From assembly GCF_009740285.1 (NCBI RefSeq), contig NZ_CP046566.1, positions 3,044,658 to 3,076,657 of the forward strand: a DNA stretch of 32,000 nucleotides, given 5' to 3'. How positions within the stretch are numbered: position 1 is the stretch's first letter; every line of letters begins with the position of its first letter. Below the pieces are notes generated by a model that saw only the letters and a list, made by a program, of their open reading frames with translations, did no database searches and was not told the origin of the DNA. Source of the DNA: Phnomibacter ginsenosidimutans. GTDB taxonomy: Bacteria > Bacteroidota > Bacteroidia > Chitinophagales > Chitinophagaceae. Position numbers and translations under genes: made by a program. Shown here in pieces: positions 10,201 through 17,388 of this stretch.

Positions 10201-10770
10201 TTGAATACCTAATGTCTGAATTAAATATGAACTTGCGATTTCATATTGCTTTTGTATATAGTATTTAGAAGGCTGGATTTTAAAGATGCCTCCAATAACA
10301 GCTGAACGGGTAAAGCCATTTAGACTTTGTATTTTATCATCAATTCGCTTTATGTCTGAAAGAGTGGCAACTATTTGACCTTCCTTGTTAGGCTGTTGCT
10401 CATTTATGTCAGCTAACCATTTGTATGGATTTTCTTTTAAACTTACATGACCTGAAAAACATGGCTTATAATCAAACTCAAAATAATTTGCATCCGCTAC
10501 TTCTTTTAATTCATCTGTATGCTGTGGACTTCTGGATGAGTTATACAGTAAATAGCCATCCTTAATATTTATATCGTTTTGTAAAATCCCAGGAAAGGAT
10601 TTTTCTAATGAATGAATAATACTTGAGAGGGGATTTCTTTGTTCGATTGTGAAGTGAGCCAATCCAGTTTTATCCGTCTTTTTAAACTCAATTGCAAATG
10701 GTTCTGAATACTGATTAACGAATATTTCTTGAGCTTTAATAAATGCTTTCCAGCTGTTGATTGTTGACAT
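7261..10770 (-). CDS. Superfamily 1 helicase, Upf1/DNA2-like (AAA_11/AAA_12 class), with a ~580-aa uncharacterised N-terminal region
   Basis: 1169 aa. Motifs seen: Walker A LIQGPPGTGKST, motif II VVQDEASKA, motif III VIGDHRQLPPMV, then NVQYRMHPAI, IGIITFYGAQ, VDRFQGMERNIVVVSLVRSN and NVALSRAKRLLIIVGN. Confidence 0.9.
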   Translation of the reverse strand: MSTINSWKAFIKAQEIFVNQYSEPFAIEFKKTDKTGLAHFTIEQRNPLSSIIHSLEKSFPGILQNDINIKDGYLLYNSSRSPQHTDELKEVADANYFEFDYKPCFSGHVSLKENPYKWLADINEQQPNKEGQIVATLSDIKRIDDKIQSLNGFTRSAVIGGIFKIQPSKYYIQKQYEIASSYLIQTLGIQSVSCHGHFANLIIQDIFLREPALNFIKENTAYHKSHHRLIFTIKEDLFQNFLDTRKSKKIFFSSEDKKNDKMGVILPTPINNEFHLTFESDITLSDFRFEIFHYKKVFERYFGPDSFTIKHQHIFQIDRSLFLEHFQNSVQDERFNISVEKETVSFDFTNEDELTSGIEYLSALQIADIDNKGAEHGFKIKLQYASPLLEIQEELQQIPAIKTKLSNNGLKLSFFCFFDNHDLLQLLVAKIKDSIDPLLNDNMQYVFEELQEGKLKYFLNFKQEEFEAEINSKFNYIRGEEISLWDDKKPVPFGNIIKISYPNIVIEMESMRDTICVPDTLTKVCCTLKGERDKIKRLSNTIDIIFSITKQKILNESLRDILVDSSKARSFPGDILRTAEYEKTINEIDASLLSKNINDRQKESIAKCLLANDFFLIQGPPGTGKSTAIAELIWQHIRSNISVKKEPYRILVTSETNLAVDNALDKLRAQTHLLIKPIRFGSDDKLDKEGRRFSLESLKQWVLFGNKELTEDKSATNILQDWITLIGNRARRKQTTFNSDLSEKWITYLTKANEQLRSLFFNNYIQNANVIGATCSSIGKENSEQKFTRFFSDYCNVLHTKEYDAFRHSINKNTIAALKKRNIEFDLVVQDEASKASPPELALPCLYGKKAVVIGDHRQLPPMVDTAEFIDNLKMMSKKTKDEKNRREISDLISYIKKNKEEFSVSHFEKLFVGIDKNLKSSFNVQYRMHPAINETIKQFYIADGGLECGIPDEIANSEDMSHPLNRYHGVTANKQTHVIWLDVVSPEIKSGTSRVNYGEVQAIDWLLSYFKKSPGYKNFVDYWPSGDIEQKQIGIITFYGAQAGLLNKLKDKYPEVPLRISPVDRFQGMERNIVVVSLVRSNSIAEFPNQAPNMEAYPENGYPSQESLGFAEFPNRLNVALSRAKRLLIIVGNSQHFRKHAIYNRVYETIQQHPNGAVKSFDAKSLKQ

Positions 10771-10801
10771 AAGCCTTTTGTTTTTTCTTGATTTATCACT
10801 T

Positions 10802-10936
10802 TATAAAAACCAAAGGATCTCTTTACCGTGGTCGGGTAGTTTGTCGTGGGTGAAGTATGGGAATATCTCGGCCACCATTTCGGGGTACTTGATGGTAACG
10901 GGCAGGTTCTGCTGGCTTACGTCTTTCCAATAGATG
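10802..10936 (-). pseudogene. Possible 3'-terminal remnant of a truncated gene
   Basis: A short GC-richer patch sits between two AT-rich segments. The minus frame reads ...WKDVSQQNLPVTIKYPEMVAEIFPYFTHDKLPDHGKEILWFL*, which looks protein-like, but an in-frame stop lies just upstream and there is no start codon. Its identity is unknown. Confidence 0.3.
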
Positions 10937-11437
10937 CTTCATAAATAATTTATTAATAGTATTTTATACTTAGCAAAATGCATACAAATAAGTATTTTAA
11001 ATTGTAGTTGTATTACCAAATACAATTCCGAGAAATTTTTCTTAAACCAGTTAATGCGAAAGCATCCTTTTACAATGAAATAATAAATATTATACCCTTT
11101 CAATTATACTTAGATAATCGCATCTGCCAATTAAAAATAAATAGATAAAGCAATTCATACAGACTATTACAACTATCACCAAAACAAAACTTGTTGCGAT
11201 TTCAAACAATAATTGTCAGAAAAATATGGTTAACTATTTTAATACACTGCCGGTGAGCTGACACCAGTATTGGGTGAAAGCAAAAAGTGTCAGGCCAAAA
11301 CATCACAAATCGAATGATAGCAGGGATAATGAGGTTTGTCAAACGCAATTTAAGTGTATCAGGCTGAAGAATTATCAGAAAAGCTATTTTTTACCGCGGA
11401 TACTTGGCCAGGGTATTTTCAACGTTTTCGCATCATC

Positions 11438-12835
11438 TTACTCCCCCTCAGCCAGCATTGCGTCGCCCAATTGTTTCTTTGCACTAGCCCCCATTTTCTT
11501 CAGCTCCTCCACACGGCGAACCAAATTGCCTTTGCCGGTGCTGAGTTGTTTGAAAGCGATGTCGTAAGCCGATTGCGCATCGCCTATTTTCTTGCCCACA
11601 TCTTGCAGGGTATCGGTGAAGCCCACAAACTTGTCGTAGAGGTCCCCGGCTTTTTCTGCAATGGCGATGGCGTTTTGGCTTTGCTGTTCTACACGCCAGA
11701 GGTCGGCAATGATTTTGAGCACCGCCAGTAAGTTGGTGGGGCTTACTAACAGAATGCGTTTGTCATAAGCATATTTCCATAACTGGGTATCCTCTTTCAT
11801 GGCCTCCAGGAATGCCGCTTCAATGGGCATAAACATAATCACGTAGTCGAGTGCCAGTGCGTACTTGGGGTAGTTTTTCCGGCTCAACCCATTGACATGG
11901 TTATAGATGCTTTGAATATGCTCTTGCATGGCCTGCTTTTGTTCAGCAAGGTCATCCGCAGACACATAGCGATCCCAGGCAAGCAATGATACCTTGGAAT
12001 CTACGATTACCTTTCGTCCATCCGGGTAATGGAGGGTAACATCCGGCTGCAACCCTTTGCCGTGCTCATCCTTTATGATGTTGCCTGCAGCATCTTTGAT
12101 AAACTCCTGCGTAAAATATTCCCGCCCTTTGGTAAGTCCGCTATGATCGAGGATGCTCTCTAATAGCATTTCGCCCCAATTACCTTGTTGCTTCTTGTTG
12201 CCTTTGAGGGCAGTGGTTAGGTTGTTTGCCTCTTGCCCTATCATTTGCGTGGCATCCACCAGACGTTTTACTTCGGCAGACAATGAAAAACGCTCCTTGC
12301 TTTCTTTATCGTAGGTGTCCTCCACTTTCTTCTTAAACTCAGTCATTTCATTTTTCAGCGGCTGCAGTATTTCTGTGATGCGCCTGTCGTTTGTTTCGGC
12401 AAACTTCCTGGAGTTGGTTTCTAAAATGTCGTTGGCCAAATTTTGAAACTGAATACGCATGCTGGCACCCATTTCCTGCATTTCCCGTTGCTTGTCTTCA
12501 AGCGCTTTGTTGGCTGCAGCTAGCTGCGTTTGCAGCATGGTTGTTTGATTTTGTGCAGCAGCATACGCTGTTTGTAAATCGAAATACTTCTGCTGTTCGG
12601 CTTCCAGCAATTGCAGTTTACCCTGAGCCAGGTTAGTACTGGCCAGGTATTCGTCACGTTCCATCCGTAGCAAAACATTGTTTTTTTCGAGCTCCTCTTT
12701 TTGGGTTGTTACCTGCGAGAGCATCTGCTCAACGCTGGTAAGCTTTTGCTTCATCAGCATCTTGCTGATCAACCAAGCGGCAGCAGCGCCTGCCATAAGG
12801 GCTAATAAGGCAGTCGTCAACAGTTCGTTCGTCAT
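11438..12835 (-). CDS. rmuC: DNA recombination protein RmuC
   Basis: 465 aa. It has an N-terminal TM helix, a long coiled coil, then QGNWGEMLLESILDHSGLTKGREYFTQEF...LQPDVTLHYPDGRKVIVDSKVSL, which is typical of the RmuC family. Confidence 0.9.
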   Translation of the reverse strand: MTNELLTTALLALMAGAAAAWLISKMLMKQKLTSVEQMLSQVTTQKEELEKNNVLLRMERDEYLASTNLAQGKLQLLEAEQQKYFDLQTAYAAAQNQTTMLQTQLAAANKALEDKQREMQEMGASMRIQFQNLANDILETNSRKFAETNDRRITEILQPLKNEMTEFKKKVEDTYDKESKERFSLSAEVKRLVDATQMIGQEANNLTTALKGNKKQQGNWGEMLLESILDHSGLTKGREYFTQEFIKDAAGNIIKDEHGKGLQPDVTLHYPDGRKVIVDSKVSLLAWDRYVSADDLAEQKQAMQEHIQSIYNHVNGLSRKNYPKYALALDYVIMFMPIEAAFLEAMKEDTQLWKYAYDKRILLVSPTNLLAVLKIIADLWRVEQQSQNAIAIAEKAGDLYDKFVGFTDTLQDVGKKIGDAQSAYDIAFKQLSTGKGNLVRRVEELKKMGASAKKQLGDAMLAEGE

Positions 12836-13063
12836 AAGTTAGTATTTGAGAATAGCACAAACTTATTCGGGAAGAATGCAACCTATCTGCGATCTGAGAG
12901 ATGTATAAGATTAACAGTTTCATCTCTCAGTTTTGAGGTAGCAAAACATAATAAACACCAGCATTGGCATTCCCTTAATTCATAATGAAGATCAACCCAA
13001 AGTAGCTTTCGATATTTAATGGCCAAAATGCATGAAGCCATATTGAATTCTCCTATTGCTTAT

Positions 13064-13393
13064 TCATCCAAATACGATCAAAAGTTTCACAAGCCTTTTT
13101 TCAACCTGAAGAATTAGCCTGTTGAATACCTTGTCCTTTCCATCCCAAAAAATGGCGGCCCCATTGGCATTTTTAAGTAATAGTTGCATCGATCTCAATG
13201 ATTTTATTGGATAGCCCCGCCTACAAGCATAACGTAATATCAAACCATTGGGGTCGGTTTTGGGACAAATGAGTACTTGAATCCCGCTATAACCAGATTC
13301 TAAGCTGTGAAGAGCTACCCATTCATCAACGGTAGCTGACAGAAATGCGTAATCGTGAAAGCTCTCAGAAGTAGCAATGATCAGTCTAAACAT
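13064..13393 (-). CDS. Small SLOG/DUF2493-like protein (tentative)
   Basis: 109 aa. IQVLICPKTDPNGLILRYACRRGYPIK...AAIFWDGKDKVFNRLI resembles the C-terminal half of DUF2493/SLOG proteins (..aFWDGkSkGT..). The match is weak and motif-level only. Confidence 0.35.
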   Translation of the reverse strand: MFRLIIATSESFHDYAFLSATVDEWVALHSLESGYSGIQVLICPKTDPNGLILRYACRRGYPIKSLRSMQLLLKNANGAAIFWDGKDKVFNRLILQVEKRLVKLLIVFG

Positions 13394-13444
13394 TCGATGG
13401 CTGATGTTTTGATAGAATGGTATACCTCGAAATTCTAATTGGCG

Positions 13445-13463
13445 ATTGTAATGAGATTACAAT
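13445..13463. promoter_or_regulatory. Perfect palindrome ATTGTAATGAGATTACAAT, candidate operator (copy 1)
   Basis: 8-bp inverted arms with a 3-bp spacer, located in the divergent region between the 13393(-) and 13502(+) starts. A near-identical copy lies at 16098-16116. Confidence 0.6.
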
Positions 13464-13501
13464 GCAGCGCTACACTTTTACATTCTCAAAAAATTAGACC
13501 T

Positions 13502-14197
13502 ATGCCTCAAAATGAAGTAGAATCTCATCCTTATTTGGATATCCAAATGTCTAAAGCAAATTTTCATCATGGAAGTTTCACTACCCTTCTACTGGGCACT
13601 TTTCCCATTTATGAGCTCACCAAATCTGAGCCAATTGAAGCAGCAGGTGTAACCAAACGAACAGAATGGACACAACAAGCAAATTTCAAATTCTTCTACG
13701 GCAGCAAGGGTAATTCCTTCTGGAAAATACTGGCCAATATTGCAGGAACTGAATTCCCCTCCAGTACAGAATCGTGTCTGAAGATACTTGCACAACAAAA
13801 TATATTCATAGGAGACGTCATCGCATCTGCCTCAAGAATTGGTTACAGTTCCAAAGACCAAGATTTGACTATTAATAGCCTGAACCGGGCTCTACAAAAC
13901 ACACTTGACTCGCTTACTTCAATTCAACAGATTGTATTTACAAGTGATGTAGCAAAAAGAGTATTCACTGAAATCATAGGAATTCCGAACGCAAGAAGAA
14001 TTCAGACAATGAACCTGAATAATCGCAACATTAGCATGTATACATTACCCACACCTGCGGGCAACGGTAGATCGGTCCGTAGATTTTTTAAAGATTTCCC
14101 TCCAACTGCAGAAGAAATAGTCTTGATTGAAAAAAAGCTCCCTTATGCTTTGGCATATCGTGAAAGACTGTATCGTCAGTTTCTGCAGGTAATCTAA
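13502..14197 (+). CDS. Uracil-DNA glycosylase superfamily protein (family-6 / deoxyinosine-glycosylase-like)
   Basis: LLLGTFP...FFYGSKGNSFWKILANI and the C-terminal YTLPTPAGNG resemble UDG-superfamily motifs A and B (GSfPs...YYg...NxFW; lPStSpAN). I placed the start at ATG 13502. The track start 13439 is a non-ATG codon upstream of the palindrome, so an ORF from there would read through it. Confidence 0.55.
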   Translation: MPQNEVESHPYLDIQMSKANFHHGSFTTLLLGTFPIYELTKSEPIEAAGVTKRTEWTQQANFKFFYGSKGNSFWKILANIAGTEFPSSTESCLKILAQQNIFIGDVIASASRIGYSSKDQDLTINSLNRALQNTLDSLTSIQQIVFTSDVAKRVFTEIIGIPNARRIQTMNLNNRNISMYTLPTPAGNGRSVRRFFKDFPPTAEEIVLIEKKLPYALAYRERLYRQFLQVI

Positions 14198-15216
14198 CCG
14201 TTTATTTTATTGCCATATAGTGTCAAGACAGCCTTGGCCGATGATATCATTTTTTCAGCTAGCCAGGCAGGCTTTAAAACCTTTACTGCAGGCCCGTAGC
14301 TGAGAATCAGCATTTCCAATTCTGGACTCGTATAAACATACAAGTCGATTAGTAGCGATTTGCCATCGTTGGTTAAAGTGGCCTTTTGGCTATGATGGAG
14401 CGGATTGGCTTGTATTTGTGCTATAAAATCATTGAATTCCAATTGGATCAGCTCGGGGGCTTTTTCATGCCAGTGCCAAACACCTATACTGTATTTGAAA
14501 TAGTCAGTTGGTGAGAAGTCGGGATCCACAAAATACGGTTCATCACAAGTCTCCACATTTCGGATGGAACTCAGTGAAAAAACAAGTGTTTTATGAGGTG
14601 AACTCGATTGGTGAGCATATGCGACTAGATACCAGCGATCATGAAACTGTTTGAGCAAATATGGTGAAACAACCCGTTTCCTTTCTTCCGTATCCCGCAT
14701 GCTTTTATAGGTCATCAAAAGTGTGCGGCCCTCAATAATAGCGGTCAATAAAGGATGAATCCAAATTGCACCACTATCGTTTTGTGCAGCATTAAAAGCA
14801 ACAATTTGTTCCGTCACCTTTCGTAAGCTACCAGAAGCATTTTCGTTCAGCACTTTTTGAACAGTCTGAGAAAATTTCTCCTGCAATGGCGACCCTGCGA
14901 AAAGGCCAAAAACACTAGCCGCAATAGTGAAGAGCTGTTTGTCTTCGTCGGAAATAAAATCTTCGAATACTTTGTACCCCTTTTGGGTATAATGATACCC
15001 ATCTGAAACGGTGAACTTAACTGTTACATTATCAACATCGGCCAATTCATTAAGTGACTTGATGTATTTGCTCAACATGTCCTCACCTATTTCATCTCCA
15101 CCCTTCGCAGTCACCAAATCATTGAGCAACGAAACGAATTCCTTTCGGCTATTGATCTTCCTGCCACTGGACAAGAGATAATCCATAACACGCAAACGGT
15201 AGTCGCTGAAGTTCAT
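14194..15216 (-). CDS. WYL-domain transcriptional regulator (HTH-WYL-WCX architecture)
   Basis: VVSPYLLKQFHDRWYLVAYAH...LVFSLSSIRNVE is a classic WYL domain. The C-terminal LILSYGPAVKVLKPAWLAEKM looks like a WCX domain. I placed the start at ATG 15216 (MNFSDYRLRV); the track begins at TTG 15258. Confidence 0.8.
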   Translation of the reverse strand: MNFSDYRLRVMDYLLSSGRKINSRKEFVSLLNDLVTAKGGDEIGEDMLSKYIKSLNELADVDNVTVKFTVSDGYHYTQKGYKVFEDFISDEDKQLFTIAASVFGLFAGSPLQEKFSQTVQKVLNENASGSLRKVTEQIVAFNAAQNDSGAIWIHPLLTAIIEGRTLLMTYKSMRDTEERKRVVSPYLLKQFHDRWYLVAYAHQSSSPHKTLVFSLSSIRNVETCDEPYFVDPDFSPTDYFKYSIGVWHWHEKAPELIQLEFNDFIAQIQANPLHHSQKATLTNDGKSLLIDLYVYTSPELEMLILSYGPAVKVLKPAWLAEKMISSAKAVLTLYGNKING

Positions 15217-15370
15217 AATAGACAGTTGTTTGGCTTTTCGAAAAAATTGATACAACAAAGTGATTAAATCAAATATACAGATGTGCCGGTATACGATTCA
15301 TTTGAGACTCAACACGCATTACATCAATTCCAAAAACATTATACCACAATTTTTTGAAAAGCTTTCTAAA

Positions 15371-16060
15371 CTAATGAGAAGGTGTTTTATCCGCTTTATA
15401 CCTCGATTCAAACAACCTGGTATAATTAAGTTCATTCAGGCACCTTACATACACAAAGCCTTCTGAAGTAAACACAGCCTCCATGCTTTTGGCTAGCATA
15501 TCATTGGTTTCCTCTACCCTTTTATGCTGAAACAACAGCCTGGACAAACTGAGATAGCTCTTAGATGAACCTATCAAGAAATGCATGTTTGTGCTATCTG
15601 AAGCAGTAATCACTTCGATTAGTCGCTGCTTTTGCAGATTGCTTTTTGCCAGCAGTAAATCAACGAAATCATCTATCACAACAAAAAATGGAGTAAATAT
15701 TGTATTCGGCTGTTTTGACAACTGACTCCTACGATCTTTAGCCACATTGGTTATTTGCTTGATGAAACTGTCTCTGGAAATGCTCAAATCGCCTTCTGCA
15801 GAACGCCACATGCAAATGGCGCCATTGCGTTGAATGACATCTTCACCGACCGATTGCAACACCTTATTGGATGAACAAATGGCTAAGTTACTCCCAGGAA
15901 TATGAGTAGCTATTTGATGTACTGTAGAGGTAATAATCCGAATCTGAATTTCTGGATTACTGAAAGACAAAAACAGCCTTTCGTTTTCATGGAGGCCAAC
16001 TGCAAAAGGCTCACCGGTACTTTTTAATCCTATTTCTAAGAATACTTTCACTTGCTGCAA
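15371..16060 (-). CDS. Hypothetical protein resembling an FtsK/HerA-type motor domain but lacking Walker A
   Basis: 229 aa with a TTG start. LEIGLKSTGEPFAVGL..., TPFFVVIDDFVDLLL (Walker-B-like, compare vvviDEfADLm) and NMHFLIGSSKS (compare GIHLilATQRPS) follow the order of FtsK motor motifs. I see no GxxxxGK[ST]. This rests on recollection and needs a profile search. Confidence 0.4.
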   Translation of the reverse strand: MQQVKVFLEIGLKSTGEPFAVGLHENERLFLSFSNPEIQIRIITSTVHQIATHIPGSNLAICSSNKVLQSVGEDVIQRNGAICMWRSAEGDLSISRDSFIKQITNVAKDRRSQLSKQPNTIFTPFFVVIDDFVDLLLAKSNLQKQRLIEVITASDSTNMHFLIGSSKSYLSLSRLLFQHKRVEETNDMLAKSMEAVFTSEGFVYVRCLNELNYTRLFESRYKADKTPSH

Positions 16061-16097
16061 GTTACGTGTGTACTGGCGAATTACTACCGGATTATTG

Positions 16098-16116
16098 ATT
16101 GTAATGACATTACAAT
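16098..16116. promoter_or_regulatory. Perfect palindrome ATTGTAATGACATTACAAT, candidate operator (copy 2)
   Basis: Same 8-bp arms and 3-bp spacer as copy 1. It lies 38 nt upstream of the 16060(-) start and 45 nt upstream of ATG 16161(+). Confidence 0.6.
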
Positions 16117-16160
16117 CCCGTCATATATTCTTGCATTAACCGATTCAAACACACTTGACT

Positions 16161-16856
16161 ATGACGTATGACCAATTGCCAATAGTAGAGCGAATATTCA
16201 ATCTCACTGAGATGAACGCTTTTCATAAAAAATATAATTTGAATTTCAATTACCCTGAGTACCCTGATTATTTATATTTCATTGTTTACATTGATGGTCA
16301 TAAGCCAACTATATTATTCTTTCGTTCGGGCACCGAAAATCGGATTGGTTGGATTTGCCCTAAAGGAATGAATGCGGCTGAAGGTCTATCTCTATTGCCG
16401 TCACATGATTACCATTCGATGCTTCTATTCGCTTCCTTTTATTTAAGCGAAAGTGCTGATAAGTTTTATACCATCCTCAGAAAAAGCAGTGAGTTATATC
16501 AAGGTACTTATTATGATTATGTGTTTGCTCCTACCTATGGCTTTATGGCGTTTGCTGAGCAATTTTCTGAATTATATAGAATTTTCACGGGTGCAAAAAA
16601 AGCAGATGCCGATCAAGTTGTTGTGGATTGGAATTTGAATAGATATGATACAAGAGCAACTATAAGAAATACAGCTGATGAAAATGGCGTCCTATTTAGG
16701 GACGTGATACAAAATAGATTCTTTGATGGCGCCCATTACGTTTTCAGACCCAACTACAAAGCAGCCCATCAACTATTAGCTTTACTTCATGAGTATAGGC
16801 TATTAAAACCATCAATATTGTCAGATACAAAAAGCCGCTACTTCTGGGCATCTTGA
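16161..16856 (+). CDS. Hypothetical protein with apparent similarity to the palm/fingers segment of DNA polymerase III alpha (DnaE)
   Basis: FFRSGTENRIGWICPKGMNAAEGLSLLPSHDYHSMLLFASFY and APTYGFMAFAEQFSELYRIFTGAKKADAD...HYVFRPNYKAAHQLLALL line up, from my memory of E. coli DnaE, with [38 protein letters not shown] and [29 protein letters not shown]...YGFNKSHSAAYALVSY. The protein is only ~230 aa, the size of a single domain. The track starts at TTG 16155. Confidence 0.35.
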   Translation: MTYDQLPIVERIFNLTEMNAFHKKYNLNFNYPEYPDYLYFIVYIDGHKPTILFFRSGTENRIGWICPKGMNAAEGLSLLPSHDYHSMLLFASFYLSESADKFYTILRKSSELYQGTYYDYVFAPTYGFMAFAEQFSELYRIFTGAKKADADQVVVDWNLNRYDTRATIRNTADENGVLFRDVIQNRFFDGAHYVFRPNYKAAHQLLALLHEYRLLKPSILSDTKSRYFWAS

Positions 16857-16893
16857 TTTACATTTTTTGTCCTGAACCATCCAATCAACTGTT

Positions 16894-17175
16894 ATGTATT
16901 TAAGAATATACCAGCTTACAATGATTATCGCCTTTTTAGGCTACCATTTTCTGCCAGAATGGACAATACAATCGGGGGGGATTGGCGGACAACAATTGAC
17001 CACAAAGCACTTGTTTTTTTTGTATATCACTGTAAGTGGATTTTGGTTTATATATAAAATGAGAAAGCACCCACCTTATGACATCATGTGGAACATCTTG
17101 CTGATTTTTATAATCGTGCTGACTGGCAGACTTTTAACAGGTTACGTTAAGTACAAATTCAAAGAGAAAGATTAG
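16894..17175 (+). CDS. Small integral membrane protein (hypothetical)
   Basis: 93 aa with 2-3 hydrophobic helices (IIAFLGYHFL, LFFLYITVSGFWFIY, ILLIFIIVLTG). No recognisable family. Confidence 0.45.
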   Translation: MYLRIYQLTMIIAFLGYHFLPEWTIQSGGIGGQQLTTKHLFFLYITVSGFWFIYKMRKHPPYDIMWNILLIFIIVLTGRLLTGYVKYKFKEKD

Positions 17176-17203
17176 AAGAAGTTGAAAGATTTTATCACAA
17201 ATA

Positions 17204-17330
17204 GCTGGGGTGGTGAAAACAAGTCGACGGACTGGATAGACACACCCGAAAGGGCGGGCCAATGTTGAATGCTGTGTGGTGCACTACCTCTTACAATAAG
17301 CTCATGCAGGTTCGATTCCTGCCCCCAGCA
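17204..17330 (+). ncRNA. tRNA-like element: acceptor-like stem plus canonical T-arm, non-canonical length
   Basis: GCAGG-TTCGATT-CCTGC (17306-17322) is a textbook T-arm. It is followed by CCCCAGC-A (17323-17330), which is perfectly complementary to GCTGGGG at 17204-17210. The 127-nt span is too long for a tRNA, and I cannot fold a D-arm or an anticodon arm. Confidence 0.4.
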
Positions 17331-17388
17331 CTCATATACTTAGAAGACACCGATAAAAGCTATAGCCGTTCACCACAAAAACAAACGT

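Noticed and set aside
11354-11731. 125-aa and 97-aa plus-strand ORFs overlapping the 3' end of rmuC
   Set aside because: They are antisense to a strongly supported rmuC CDS.
13439-13501. ORF-track start (non-ATG) for the UDG-like gene at 13439
   Set aside because: An ORF starting there would read through the 19-bp palindrome and adds a non-conserved-looking leader. ATG 13502 is preferred, though unverified.
10945-17344. Recurring TATACTTAG(A) at 10945, 11105 and 17335 (the last directly after the tRNA-like element) as possible att direct repeats
   Set aside because: The match is only 9-10 nt in AT-rich DNA, and a related 8-mer also occurs inside the ATPase CDS (about 23426). The orientation relative to the tRNA-like 3' end does not fit a standard tRNA-integrated island. 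It is probably chance.
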